Shown here piece after piece: positions 45,011 to 54,919 of a stretch of 64,000 nt of DNA. A program made the translations under genes and the position numbers. Location of the stretch: contig QMOK01000001.1 of assembly GCA_003648195.1 (NCBI GenBank), forward strand, positions 13,189-77,188, read 5' to 3'. This DNA comes from Chloroflexota bacterium. GTDB lineage: Bacteria > Chloroflexota > Anaerolineae > Anaerolineales > UBA11858. Positions within the stretch are counted from its first letter, which is position 1, and the number at the start of each line of letters is the position of its first letter. Below the pieces are notes generated by a model, which searched no databases, was not told where the DNA came from, and was given only the letters and a program-made list of their open reading frames with translations.

Positions 45011-46174
45011 ATGCCTCTAACACCCCGAGAACGAGTCCTAACCACCCTCAATCATGAAGAACCCGACCGCGTCCCCATCGTCCTCGGCGTTAGCAACGCC
45101 ACCGGGATAAAAATGAAAACCTACCAGGGGATAAAAGAATTGGCCGGGATAAAAGCTCCCGATGACTACATTTACCAATGGCCCGAGCTGGGAACCGCCA
45201 AAATAGACGAGGAGACAATGCGCCGCCTGCACAGCGATGTGCGCGGCGTGAGAGACCTAGAACCCGCCTCCACGCTGGAGAGAAATCGCAGCCGCGACCC
45301 TCACAGCCCCTGCATAGACTCTTGGGGAAGCGGCCAAAGCGAAATTGGTCCCGGCGATTGGTTTCCCGGTATTCACCCCATCCCCGAAGCAACCACCCTT
45401 GAAGAGATAGAAGCCTACCCCGGCTGGCCAGACATGAGCGACCCCACCCGCATTGCCCACGTCAAAGAAACCGCTAAACGCTTAGCCGAACAAAACCAAT
45501 ACGCCATTATGGCTACCCCCTGGCTGCTCTTCCCCCTGGAGCGCGCCTTTGCCATGCAAGGCATGGACGTCTTCCTTCTCAACCTAGCCATTTACCCCGA
45601 CTTCTCCAAAGCGCTGCTCCAAAAAATAGCCGAAATTTGCAAAGAACTCATGGCTCCATTTTTAGAAGCCCTGGGCGACAATGTTGACATCATTAAAATC
45701 GGAGACGACCTGGGAACTCAGGAAAGCCTTCTCATGTCACCCAAGATGTATCGCGAAATCCTCAAACCCGTCCACGCCGACTACATCGCCTTCATCAAAA
45801 AACGCACCAAAGCCAAGGTTTTATTCCACACAGATGGGGACGTTTTCCCGCTCATTGAAGACTTTATAGAAATGGGTGTTGACATCCTAAACCCCATCCA
45901 AACCTCCGCTGGCAAAATGTCAGATTTAGCAAGGCTAAAGAAACAGTTCGGTAAAAACATAGTCTTCTGCGGCGGCATAGACACTCAGCGCGTTTTACCC
46001 ACGGGAACGCCCGCCGAAGTCCGCGAGGAGGTTCGCAGGGTGATAAACATCCTAGGCCCGGGAGGCGGCTACATGGTCTCTTCTGTGCATACCGTCATGA
46101 ACGACGTCCCCCCCGAAAATGTTTTGGCGCTCGTAGACGCGGTGGAGGAATTTGGTCGTTATCCATTAAGTTAA
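45011..46174 (+). CDS. Uroporphyrinogen-decarboxylase (URO-D) family protein, MtaA/CmuA-like
   Basis: 387 aa. The family pattern includes ...IGDDLGTQ...HTDG...NPIQ. The substrate cannot be assigned from the sequence. Confidence 0.7.
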   Translation: MPLTPRERVLTTLNHEEPDRVPIVLGVSNATGIKMKTYQGIKELAGIKAPDDYIYQWPELGTAKIDEETMRRLHSDVRGVRDLEPASTLERNRSRDPHSPCIDSWGSGQSEIGPGDWFPGIHPIPEATTLEEIEAYPGWPDMSDPTRIAHVKETAKRLAEQNQYAIMATPWLLFPLERAFAMQGMDVFLLNLAIYPDFSKALLQKIAEICKELMAPFLEALGDNVDIIKIGDDLGTQESLLMSPKMYREILKPVHADYIAFIKKRTKAKVLFHTDGDVFPLIEDFIEMGVDILNPIQTSAGKMSDLARLKKQFGKNIVFCGGIDTQRVLPTGTPAEVREEVRRVINILGPGGGYMVSSVHTVMNDVPPENVLALVDAVEEFGRYPLS

Positions 46175-46322
46175 TTTTTGGGGGAGGATAAAACGCCCAG
46201 CCCGGGCAACCCCTCCCCATTTGGCGAAATCTCCATCCCCACGCAAAAAACCGCCTTTTGGCGAGAGATCCGTGGGGGATGGGAATCCCGCTTATAAAAG
46301 CAGTGCCACCCCCACACATCCC

Positions 46323-46361
46323 AAAAAAAGACCTCCAATTTCTCTAAGAAGTCGGAGGTCT
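46323..46361 (-). terminator. Rho-independent terminator of the BMP-ABC operon
   Basis: Minus strand reads AGACCTCCGAC, a loop, GGAGGTCT, then TTTTTTT. Located just after the permease stop at 46384. Confidence 0.7.
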
Positions 46362-46383
46362 TTAAATTTCACGTTTTACGTTT

Positions 46384-47658
46384 TTACTGTTTCTCGTACG
46401 GTTTACCTTCTTCAGCCGGCGGCCTCGAACGTCCCACCACGCCCGCCACTACCACTATGGTTAGCAAATAGGGCGCCATCTGCAAAAATTCATGCGGAAT
46501 GTAAGCGTTTATAAAGGGTAAGAGTGGCCGCAAAATTTGCATCTTCACCTGAAGAGCGTCTGCAAAGCCAAAGAGCAGCGCGGCCATGAAACCTCCCACA
46601 GGGTTCCAGTTTCCAAAAATCATGGCGGCTAAGGCCACAAAGCCTTGACCACGGGTCATGTTGTCTTCAAATGCTCCCACCACACCCAAAGAGAAGTATG
46701 CCCCGCCAATGCCAGCTATTAACCCTCCTAGAATGATGCTAACATAGCGCATGGGATTCACGTGAATACCAACTGTGTCGGCGGCGCGAGGGTGTTCTCC
46801 GCAGGCGCGCATTCTTAAGCCCCAGGGGGTGAAGAAAATGGCGTAGTTGATAACGGCCACCAAAATAAGCATGATGAACACAATGGGTGAATTCTCAAAC
46901 AAGATAGGCCCTAAAAGGGGAATGTCGGCCAGTAATGGGATGCGGATAATGCTCATGTGTCCGGGGGTGCTCAATCCAAAAGGTTCCAGCAAGCGCAAGT
47001 TCAAAAAGCGGGTTGCGCCCGCCGCTAAGATATTGATTACCGTTCCAGAGATGATTTGGTCTACTTTGTATTTGATGGAGAGTACCGCGTGAACAGCGGC
47101 CATTGCGCCTCCTACTAAACTGGCGCATAGCAAGCCCATCCAGAGGCTGTCGAAAACTCCAGCAAAGGCCACGGCCGCAAATGCGCCCGAAAGCATCATG
47201 CCCTCAATGGCTATGTTGATTATGCCCGCCCGCTCGCAGAGAATGCCTGCCAGTGCCCCCAAGGTTAGAGGGGTGGCGGCGGTCAACATGCTTTGAAACA
47301 TCCCCGTGATATTTAGCTTGGTGCCGCTGGTAATCCATATTAAAAAGCCAAACAACAATAAAAAGACTGCTCCCCAGGTAAGTACTACTTGGATAGAATC
47401 AAAAGCACGGATAAGACGAAGACCGGCAATAAGAATGCACATGAAGCCAACTGTGTACAGAGTCCCACGTGAAGATAGAGAGAATAAGTCGCCTAGTATA
47501 TGGTCAGTGAAGATTGCTTGTTCGCCAGGTTGTGTTCCAAACCCGCCCAATACTAGGATCACGCCGCCTGCAATTAGCAAAAGCACGGCAATGATGATGT
47601 CTTTCCGATTAACTTGGGTTGGTTTAGTTGTGTCAATAGACTGAACTTGTGCTGTCAT
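46384..47658 (-). CDS. ABC transporter permease (BMP/nucleoside-type, second permease)
   Basis: Polytopic. I prefer the start MTAQVQSID at 47658 with AAGGAGATATTT upstream. It follows the first permease by 10 nt. Confidence 0.85.
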   Translation of the reverse strand: MTAQVQSIDTTKPTQVNRKDIIIAVLLLIAGGVILVLGGFGTQPGEQAIFTDHILGDLFSLSSRGTLYTVGFMCILIAGLRLIRAFDSIQVVLTWGAVFLLLFGFLIWITSGTKLNITGMFQSMLTAATPLTLGALAGILCERAGIINIAIEGMMLSGAFAAVAFAGVFDSLWMGLLCASLVGGAMAAVHAVLSIKYKVDQIISGTVINILAAGATRFLNLRLLEPFGLSTPGHMSIIRIPLLADIPLLGPILFENSPIVFIMLILVAVINYAIFFTPWGLRMRACGEHPRAADTVGIHVNPMRYVSIILGGLIAGIGGAYFSLGVVGAFEDNMTRGQGFVALAAMIFGNWNPVGGFMAALLFGFADALQVKMQILRPLLPFINAYIPHEFLQMAPYLLTIVVVAGVVGRSRPPAEEGKPYEKQ

Positions 47659-47668
47659 AAATATCTCC

Positions 47669-49108
47669 TTACGATCCCCAACCGCGCGAGAACACTGTTT
47701 GTCCAGAATCATCTCCATCGTCACTGCGCAGGCGGTAAATTGCCCGAATAATGGCAGGGGCGGCAATGAAGACAATCACTAAGGATTGAACAATTTGCAC
47801 GATTTCGGTGGGAATTCCAGCTAAGGATTGCATCCGTGCCGAGCCAGCCCGCAAAACGCCAAAAAGAATGCTGGCGCCAACAACTCCAGCCGGGTTGCTT
47901 TTTCCCAACAAGGCCAGAGCAATGGCGTCAAAGCCGTATCCCGCGCTGAAGCCGAGGGCAATGTTGTGCGTTATTCCCAGCCCTTGGCTAACGCCTGCCA
48001 AGCCTGCCAACGCTCCACTTAGGAACATGGCAAGGATGTAGTTTTTAGCGACATTCATGCCGCCATAACGAGCAGCGTCTGGGTTTGTGCCTACGGTGCG
48101 CAACTCATAGCCCCAAACTGTTTTGAAGAGTAACCATCCAGTAGCCGCAGCGGCTAACAGGGCAATTATAAATCCCCAGTGCATGGTGACAGGGTGGCCT
48201 AAGAATTTGGGCATGTAAGCGCTAGCAATAATCTCTTTGGTACGACAAGTTCCTTGTACGTCTTCGAGAGGGCCACATAATAGCCATTCGCTGAGGCGGA
48301 ATGAGATGTAGTTGAGCATGATGGTGGTAATGACTTCATGCGCGCCAGTCTTTGCTTTTAGTACGCCTGCAATTGATGACCACAATCCAGCTGCCAAAGC
48401 GCCAGCCAAAATAGCTAGGGGCAGGTGAATGATAGCCGGCAATCCTGGGAAAGAGAAACCAATGATGACCGCTGCCATCCATCCCACACCAATTTGGCCT
48501 TCGGCGCCAATGTTGAATAGACCGGCTTTGAATCCCAAAGCCACGGCCAATCCCGCAAAGATGTAGGGAACAGATTGAACTAGACTATCGCTAGGGCCAC
48601 GTACTGCGCCTAAAATTGGTTTTATGCCTTCTCCACCTATGGCACGGAAAATGGACGTTAAGATTCTGCCTGGACTTCCTAATGATCCTTGGTAAAGGGC
48701 AAGGTAGGCACGGCCTAAGTTGCTAAATGCTAGTCCTAATCCTTTTCCTATTTGTCCATTGCCTATTGCCTGATAAACGCCTTGATCGGTGAACATGATG
48801 AGTAAGCCGCCAATCACAAGCGCAGCGAGTACAGAAAGGGCGGGGATGGTTAATTGGCGCAATCGAGCAACTAGCCATTCTTTCATCCAAGGCCATCCAC
48901 CATGCCGCGTTGAAAGAAAAGCCAAAACGCCTAATCCAAGCAGAAGCGTAATCGGCCAAAGTCCCAGCGCAATCAACAATATTAGAATCAGCCATTTGCT
49001 TAACAGGGCTATTATTCCCACGCACGCTGCCAGCAAAACGAGTTTGCCCCACAACGGCCAAGCGGCGATTCGGTCTTTGAAATTTTGTAAACCTTGCTGT
49101 TCTGTCAA
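47669..49108 (-). CDS. ABC transporter permease (BMP/nucleoside-type, first permease) with an ~85-aa N-terminal TM extension
   Basis: 479 aa. The core pattern FNIGAEGQ is typical of this permease family. The first ~85 aa add 2-3 hydrophobic helices. Confidence 0.85.
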   Translation of the reverse strand: MTEQQGLQNFKDRIAAWPLWGKLVLLAACVGIIALLSKWLILILLIALGLWPITLLLGLGVLAFLSTRHGGWPWMKEWLVARLRQLTIPALSVLAALVIGGLLIMFTDQGVYQAIGNGQIGKGLGLAFSNLGRAYLALYQGSLGSPGRILTSIFRAIGGEGIKPILGAVRGPSDSLVQSVPYIFAGLAVALGFKAGLFNIGAEGQIGVGWMAAVIIGFSFPGLPAIIHLPLAILAGALAAGLWSSIAGVLKAKTGAHEVITTIMLNYISFRLSEWLLCGPLEDVQGTCRTKEIIASAYMPKFLGHPVTMHWGFIIALLAAAATGWLLFKTVWGYELRTVGTNPDAARYGGMNVAKNYILAMFLSGALAGLAGVSQGLGITHNIALGFSAGYGFDAIALALLGKSNPAGVVGASILFGVLRAGSARMQSLAGIPTEIVQIVQSLVIVFIAAPAIIRAIYRLRSDDGDDSGQTVFSRGWGS

Positions 49109-49111
49109 GGT

Positions 49112-50971
49112 CTATGCCTCCTTTTCCATGTCCAGACGTGACCCAGCCATAAGCAGGCCTAGTTCCTGACGAGTAATTGTAGCAGCATCAACAATGGCTA
49201 CAAGCTCGCCTTCGTACATCACTGCGATACGGTCAGAGAGTGCCATGATCTCATCAAGTTCAACTGAAACTAACAAAACCGCACAACCTTCATCTCTTTT
49301 TTCGATAAGACGCCGATGGATGTATTCGATTGATCCAACGTCTAATCCTCGTGTAGGTTGAGCCGCGACAAGCAATTTAATGGGGCGCGAAAATTCACGA
49401 GCAACGATGACTTTTTGTTGATTGCCACCAGAAAGCGACCCGGCCGTTAAATTAGCATTCGGCGGTCTGACATCAAATTCTTCGACTAAGCGATCTGCGT
49501 ATTTGTGAATATGGTCAAATTGGAGAATGGCTTTTTCTGCAAACGGTTGCTGGTAATAAGTGTTCAATACTACGTTATCAGAGATAGGCGATGATAAAAC
49601 CAAGCCATCTTGTTGCCTATCTTCGGGGACATGTGCCACGCCTAGTTCGGTAATGCGGCGCGGCGACTCGTTTGTCATCTCTTGGCCAAGGATATGAATT
49701 TGCCCTGAGATAGCAGAACGCAAGCCGGTCAGCACTTCGACCAATTCTGTCTGCCCGTTGCCTTGTACGCCTGCAATTCCTAGTACTTCGCCCTCACGCA
49801 CAGATAAAGTGACGTTCTTCAAAACGACTTGTTGGCGATCATCTTCCGCGCTTAGGGACTCAACTTCTAGAACGACTTTTCCTGGCGAAGCGGGAGTTTT
49901 CTCTACAACGAGATTCACTTCACGCCCTACCATCATCTCAGCTAATTGGGCTTCTGAAGACTCTGCTGGTGTGGTCTCACCTACAACACGTCCATTTCGC
50001 AAAACAACGACCCTGTCAGCAAAGCTCATTATTTCTTTGAGTTTATGGGTAATGAAAATGATGGATTTCCCTTGTTTGACCAAGGTTTGCATAATTTGAA
50101 AGAGTTCGTCTGTTTCTTGAGGAGTAAGTACGGCCGTGGGTTCGTCCAGAATAAGAATATCGGCTTCGCGGTAAAGGGTTTTCAAAATTTCAACGCGTTG
50201 CTGAACACCAACGGGCAAATCTTCTGTTAGTGCTTGTGGGTCTACGGCTAAGCCATATTGCTCTGAAAGTTCACGAATTCGACGAGCAGCCGCGTTCCGG
50301 TCAAGGGTTGCGGTCAAAACGCGCAGGACAGGGTAAGAGGCCGCCGCGAAGAGAATTGCCAAGAAAATGTAGAGAGGGATTTTCCCTTGCATCCCTTGTA
50401 TTAGGGCAAAAACCACGCCACTAATAATGCCTATGGCAGATATAATAGAAATATAAATAAGGGGTTTCTTTCTACTTAGCCAAACAAGCGCGAATATCCC
50501 CAAACAAGACCCAGCCGCTGCTCCCCCGCCGATTAATGCTGCCAGCAATCCTTGCCCCACGCCGCTGAGTTCTATAATGCTCCCAATGAATGAGAGCAAT
50601 GCTACAACGCCGCTAACAATCCAAAGGGTTAGCCAAGAAAACGGGAATTTAGTAGGTTCTGTTCCCATGACGATGTTTTCGGCCACTGTAAAAACGGGAA
50701 CTAGTTGAAAGTGTTGGTGAACCATGCCTATGCCAAGGTCAATGGCATCGCTTGGTTCTTTAATATCTAAAGGCTCTCCTCGTACTTCAATTTCCCCTTC
50801 ATCTGAGGAGTACAGCCCATAGAGGATGTTCATTAAAGTGCTTTTCCCAGCGCCGTTCTCGCCCAAGAAAGCTAATATTTCTCCTTTATTTAACGAGAAG
50901 CTAACGTGATCGTTGGCTAGTACTCCGGGAAAACGTTTGGTTATATTTCGTGCTTCTATGATTGGGGTCAT
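49112..50971 (-). CDS. Duplicated-NBD ABC ATPase (BMP/ribose-type) with a hydrophobic insertion in NBD1
   Basis: NBD1 has Walker A GENGAGKST, Q-loop MVHQHFQL, VGVQQRVEI and ILILDEPT. NBD2 has LSGGNQQK and LLVAAQPTRGLD. The start is either ATG 50971 (MTPIIEARNITKRF) or TTG 51010. Confidence 0.88.
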   Translation of the reverse strand: MTPIIEARNITKRFPGVLANDHVSFSLNKGEILAFLGENGAGKSTLMNILYGLYSSDEGEIEVRGEPLDIKEPSDAIDLGIGMVHQHFQLVPVFTVAENIVMGTEPTKFPFSWLTLWIVSGVVALLSFIGSIIELSGVGQGLLAALIGGGAAAGSCLGIFALVWLSRKKPLIYISIISAIGIISGVVFALIQGMQGKIPLYIFLAILFAAASYPVLRVLTATLDRNAAARRIRELSEQYGLAVDPQALTEDLPVGVQQRVEILKTLYREADILILDEPTAVLTPQETDELFQIMQTLVKQGKSIIFITHKLKEIMSFADRVVVLRNGRVVGETTPAESSEAQLAEMMVGREVNLVVEKTPASPGKVVLEVESLSAEDDRQQVVLKNVTLSVREGEVLGIAGVQGNGQTELVEVLTGLRSAISGQIHILGQEMTNESPRRITELGVAHVPEDRQQDGLVLSSPISDNVVLNTYYQQPFAEKAILQFDHIHKYADRLVEEFDVRPPNANLTAGSLSGGNQQKVIVAREFSRPIKLLVAAQPTRGLDVGSIEYIHRRLIEKRDEGCAVLLVSVELDEIMALSDRIAVMYEGELVAIVDAATITRQELGLLMAGSRLDMEKEA

Positions 50972-51049
50972 TTCATCTCTCTTCGAAGCCAATACGGCCG
51001 TGCCAGACAAAAATTTCTGGCTGAGCGACTTTTAGTTCCAATATTTACA

Positions 51050-51084
51050 ACAATGGTGCTGGTAATATTCCCCAGCACCATTGT
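51050..51084 (-). other. Intercistronic 13-bp perfect hairpin between the binding-protein and ATPase genes
   Basis: ACAATGGTGCTGG, a 9-nt loop, CCAGCACCATTGT. No T-tract follows, which is typical of mRNA-stabilising hairpins after ABC binding-protein genes. Confidence 0.6.
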
Positions 51085-51107
51085 ATAAATCTCATGCAAA
51101 TTAAACT

Positions 51108-52130
51108 CTACCAGCCGGTTTCGATCTCGCCAGCTTCAATACCCGCTAGAATTGCTTCAACTTCTTGTTGCAGCTCGGCTGGGACATCCACATCGTGGTA
51201 GGGGGCTAAACCAACGCCACCATTTGCCAGGGAGCCAATGTAAAGGCCACCGCCAGGGAATTCATCATTGATTAATGATTCGATTACCGCGAAAACGGCA
51301 TTATCAAGACGTTTCATGGTGGAGGTGATGAGAATGTCTTTCTCGTTAGCGAGGGTGTAGTATTGGTCTACATCTACGCCGATGCCCAATTTTCCACGTT
51401 CTTTGGCTGCGGAGATGCCGCCATTACCGGTTTTTCCGCCACATCCTAAGATTACGTCCGCGCCTTCGTCAATCAGAGAGTTGCCTTGGATTTTGCCTTG
51501 GTCGGGAGCTTCAAAGTCACCAACATAAACACCTATGAATTTCACGTCTGTGCCATGTTGTTCATTGTAATACGCTACGCCAGCTTCGTAAGCAACGATG
51601 AATTGCTCGACGGGGGGAATTTGCATGCCGCCCACGTAGCCAACTTGGGGATCTTCGGGGTCTTGCTCTACAGCCATGCCAGCGGCCAAGTAGCCGATGG
51701 GGAATGAAGCCTCATCAACGTTGAAGACGATGCCAGCAACGTTGGGGATGGGGGGATCGTAAGCGAAGTCAATGATGCCAAATTTGACGTCAGGATATTG
51801 CTCGGCCATTTTCTGAGTGGCGTCACCAAGTAAGAAACCAACGGTGATGATCATGTCGTAGTCTTGCTCGGCGAACTCGGTGATGTTCTTTTCGTAGTCG
51901 GCCTGGGCTTGGCTTTCAATGAATTTGGCGCAGACGGCTAGTTCTTCATCAGCACGGACTAGGCCATCCCAAGTGTTCTCGTTAAAGCTGGCATCATCTA
52001 GGCCGCCTACATCAGAGACCATACCTACTTTCAGGTCGCCTTTTTCACAGCCTTCGGGCAATGAAGAACCACAAGCAGTCAGCGCTAGTACAGCCATTAC
52101 AAAGATACTAATCAAAACGATTTTACGCAT
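51108..52130 (-). CDS. BMP-family (PnrA/Med-like) substrate-binding lipoprotein
   Basis: MRKIVLISIFVMAVLALTACGSS (lipobox LTAC), with AGGAGAAATAAA directly upstream of ATG 52130. VSDVGGLDDASFN is typical of the BMP family. Confidence 0.88.
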   Translation of the reverse strand: MRKIVLISIFVMAVLALTACGSSLPEGCEKGDLKVGMVSDVGGLDDASFNENTWDGLVRADEELAVCAKFIESQAQADYEKNITEFAEQDYDMIITVGFLLGDATQKMAEQYPDVKFGIIDFAYDPPIPNVAGIVFNVDEASFPIGYLAAGMAVEQDPEDPQVGYVGGMQIPPVEQFIVAYEAGVAYYNEQHGTDVKFIGVYVGDFEAPDQGKIQGNSLIDEGADVILGCGGKTGNGGISAAKERGKLGIGVDVDQYYTLANEKDILITSTMKRLDNAVFAVIESLINDEFPGGGLYIGSLANGGVGLAPYHDVDVPAELQQEVEAILAGIEAGEIETGW

Positions 52131-52483
52131 TTTATTTCTCCTCATTTACTTAAATTTTTCAAATCTATCGTATTTCGTAACACAGTATTTTCAAGAATAA
52201 TTTATCTTCTGAGTAAATACACCTCCTGAATAAACTAATACCCTTGTAGATAAGAAATTGAGGGCAATTCGCAATTCATCTTTCAAGCATAATAGGGCTA
52301 GATGTTAAACAATTTCCAAGAAATGGGTTTTTGAACTGTCACATTATATTGGAGTTGCCAATTATAACATAAACTATAAGAAGCATTAAGAGCCAAAGAG
52401 TTTCGGTTTTGAGCGATAGCATATGAGCATAGCTGTTGAATGCGGCGACCTTAATGCGCGTCAGCGCGCTTGACCGGTTTATC

Positions 52484-53530
52484 TTATTGTGTCTCTATGT
52501 ATCCCGCTAAAATCTCTTCAAGCATTTTTTCGGCCATGCGTTGGCGACCGGGGCTAAATAAGTTTTCGTTAGGGTCTTCAAAAATAAGCGGAGCTTTGAT
52601 GCTCGTCCCATTCACTCCCTCCATGAAAGCAGGCCAATATTCCTGAACAGATTGCATGAGATCAAAACGCAAGGAGACAACCCATTGGGCACGAATTATT
52701 TCTGGAATGTCGTCCATACCGCCTATTAATTTCACATCGGCTTGGGCTAAATACTGAATTAACGCTTCATCTCCCGCACCAGGAACAAGGTAAATAGTCT
52801 CCACTCCTTTATTGAGTAAAATGTTCGCAGCAGACTGCCATTGAGAAGAATTAGCATCCGAGGCAAGCTCAACGAACAGGGGGTATTTAAAGAATGGAGG
52901 ATACTTGGGACTGCATAGGCCGCAAAAATATGTCGCGCCAGCGATAAAACCTTCCCGTGCGGCAGTTCCCGCCGCGTTTTCGGCCAGACTAATTACGCCA
53001 ACCCGCCAATCGGGAGTGATTATAGCCGCAATGTAACCGGCCATAAATCCTTGCTGGTCTAAATTTGCGCTTTCAGGCATAATCACGCTAAGATTACTAG
53101 CCGCTTCAAGGTCAGAAAAACCTACCGCCAAGAATTTTGTTTCGGGGGCAATTGAGGTCAAGTCTGTCAAATTTTGAAAAGGCGGCAACGCCACCACCCA
53201 CAGAACATCATCCAATTGAAAATCTTTTTCGGATAAGGTTTCTCGAATCTGAAAACGGATACCAGTTTCTTCGGCCTGTGCGGAGGCTAAAAGTCGCAAG
53301 TCGTCCACGAGGGCGGAGTCAGCGTTGGGAGGGGCAAGGAGAATGCCTAACGGCAACGGCGTAGTTGTAGCGGTGGAGCTTGGAACAGGCAAAGATTCAG
53401 TCGCAGGAGAAAAAGTCGCTTGAACGGTAGGGGAAACAGGCGAAGCCTCTGGGAGAGTTTCGCCACAACCAATAAGAGATAGAATTATTAAGCCACATAC
53501 AATAAAATATAGAGAGAAACGAGAAGTCAT
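52484..53530 (-). CDS. Lipoprotein, distant BMP/periplasmic-binding-protein-like
   Basis: 348 aa with lipobox LIGC and a Pro/Thr/Ser-rich linker. QGFMAGYIAA and GFIAGA resemble BMP-family blocks. AGGAGGAGT RBS. Confidence 0.6.
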   Translation of the reverse strand: MTSRFSLYFIVCGLIILSLIGCGETLPEASPVSPTVQATFSPATESLPVPSSTATTTPLPLGILLAPPNADSALVDDLRLLASAQAEETGIRFQIRETLSEKDFQLDDVLWVVALPPFQNLTDLTSIAPETKFLAVGFSDLEAASNLSVIMPESANLDQQGFMAGYIAAIITPDWRVGVISLAENAAGTAAREGFIAGATYFCGLCSPKYPPFFKYPLFVELASDANSSQWQSAANILLNKGVETIYLVPGAGDEALIQYLAQADVKLIGGMDDIPEIIRAQWVVSLRFDLMQSVQEYWPAFMEGVNGTSIKAPLIFEDPNENLFSPGRQRMAEKMLEEILAGYIETQ

Positions 53531-53698
53531 ACTCCTCCTATTTTCAAGGCCACAGTAAACTAAAATTGTAAATGGTGAACAATTGCCCTTATTTTACTAT
53601 CTCTCCTCAAAAATACTACTTAGAGTATAATAGTTGAGTAGTTTCTTAGTTTTGTAGTTGAGTAGTTTCTTAATTATTAACCAGAGTACAAATTACCC

Positions 53699-54907
53699 AT
53701 GCCTATTCCAAAAACCAGCCACAACCCAGAAAATCTTGAAGACCTTCCGCCAGCTCGCCGGCGCCGCGCGGAACGGCATTTGATTCCAGACGACTTAGAT
53801 GCAGAGACAAAGGAAATAGATAAGGTCGCTCAACGTACTTCGCCATCTTTTGACTTTTTCTTATTCTCTCTTCTCTCGGCAGCTATTTTAGTGGTGGGTA
53901 TTATGCTAGATGTCCCAGCCTTGCTGGTTTTAGGTGTTTTGATTGCCCCTCCGTTAACGCCTGTTATTGGCACTTGCTTGGGGACAGTAACCGGTTCATT
54001 TAAGTTTTTTGGGCAGCGATTGATTGCCACTTTGGTAGCTAGCGGGCTGGTTTTTCTAGTAGGACTTTTGGGAGGGTTTGCGGCACGGGTTCTGGCTATT
54101 GAAAAGCTAACTTACGCAGTTTCTCATGCACAAGTTTCTTGGTCGCATCTTATTTTGTTAGTTGTAGGAACAATTTTTACCGTTTTAGCGGTCGCGCGGC
54201 AAAAGGGCAGTCCCGCATTATACAGTGTTGCGCTGGCTTACGAGCTGTTCATTCCATTAGCTGTGGCAGGGTTTGGATTGGGGAATGGAATACCTTATCT
54301 TTGGCCAGATGGGTTAGTGGTTTTTGCCACTCACCTTGCGATTGTCTCTCTAGTAGGGAGCGTCATTTTTGTCTTTTTGGGATTCCGCCCATTAACGGTT
54401 TTGGGATACACGCTAGGGAGCGTGGTAACTATTTTGGGCGTTATTTTGTTGATAGGGCTAAGTGGAGCAAGTGCAATTGTAGTGGAAAATGTGGCTCTTC
54501 CAACGTTATCCCCTACCCCGATAACCCCCACGCCTACTTCCACGCCCGTGCCACCCACCTCCACCCCAACGGTCACCCCCATCCCCCCCACGTTAACGCC
54601 AACCCACACGGCCACGTTTACGCCATCTCCCACGCCCACTAGCAGTCCTACGCCCAGTCCTACGCCTATTTATGCTATTATCAATACTACTGAAGGTGTA
54701 GGTGCTACCATCCGCACAGCGCCGGGGTTTGACTCTCCACGTTTAACTTCGCTCCTCAACGGGAACGCAGTAGAAATCATTGATCCCAATCCAACAGAAA
54801 AAGACGGTTATAACTGGGTTCATGTTCGGTTGTTGAATGAAGAGGGGCAGGAGGGCTGGGTGCTCGAATCGCTTATTTTGGTCGTTCCGCCAGACGCAGA
54901 TTGGTGA
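53699..54907 (+). CDS. Membrane protein: DUF389-like TM domain, Pro/Thr linker, C-terminal SH3b-like domain
   Basis: 402 aa. GVLIAPPLTPVIG resembles the DUF389 motif. The PT-rich run is PTLSPTPITPTPTSTPVPPTSTPTVTPIPPTLTPT... The C-terminal block ...GYNWVHVRLLNEEGQEGWV looks SH3b-like. Confidence 0.6.
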   Translation: MPIPKTSHNPENLEDLPPARRRRAERHLIPDDLDAETKEIDKVAQRTSPSFDFFLFSLLSAAILVVGIMLDVPALLVLGVLIAPPLTPVIGTCLGTVTGSFKFFGQRLIATLVASGLVFLVGLLGGFAARVLAIEKLTYAVSHAQVSWSHLILLVVGTIFTVLAVARQKGSPALYSVALAYELFIPLAVAGFGLGNGIPYLWPDGLVVFATHLAIVSLVGSVIFVFLGFRPLTVLGYTLGSVVTILGVILLIGLSGASAIVVENVALPTLSPTPITPTPTSTPVPPTSTPTVTPIPPTLTPTHTATFTPSPTPTSSPTPSPTPIYAIINTTEGVGATIRTAPGFDSPRLTSLLNGNAVEIIDPNPTEKDGYNWVHVRLLNEEGQEGWVLESLILVVPPDADW

Positions 54908-54919
54908 GCATTTCAATCG

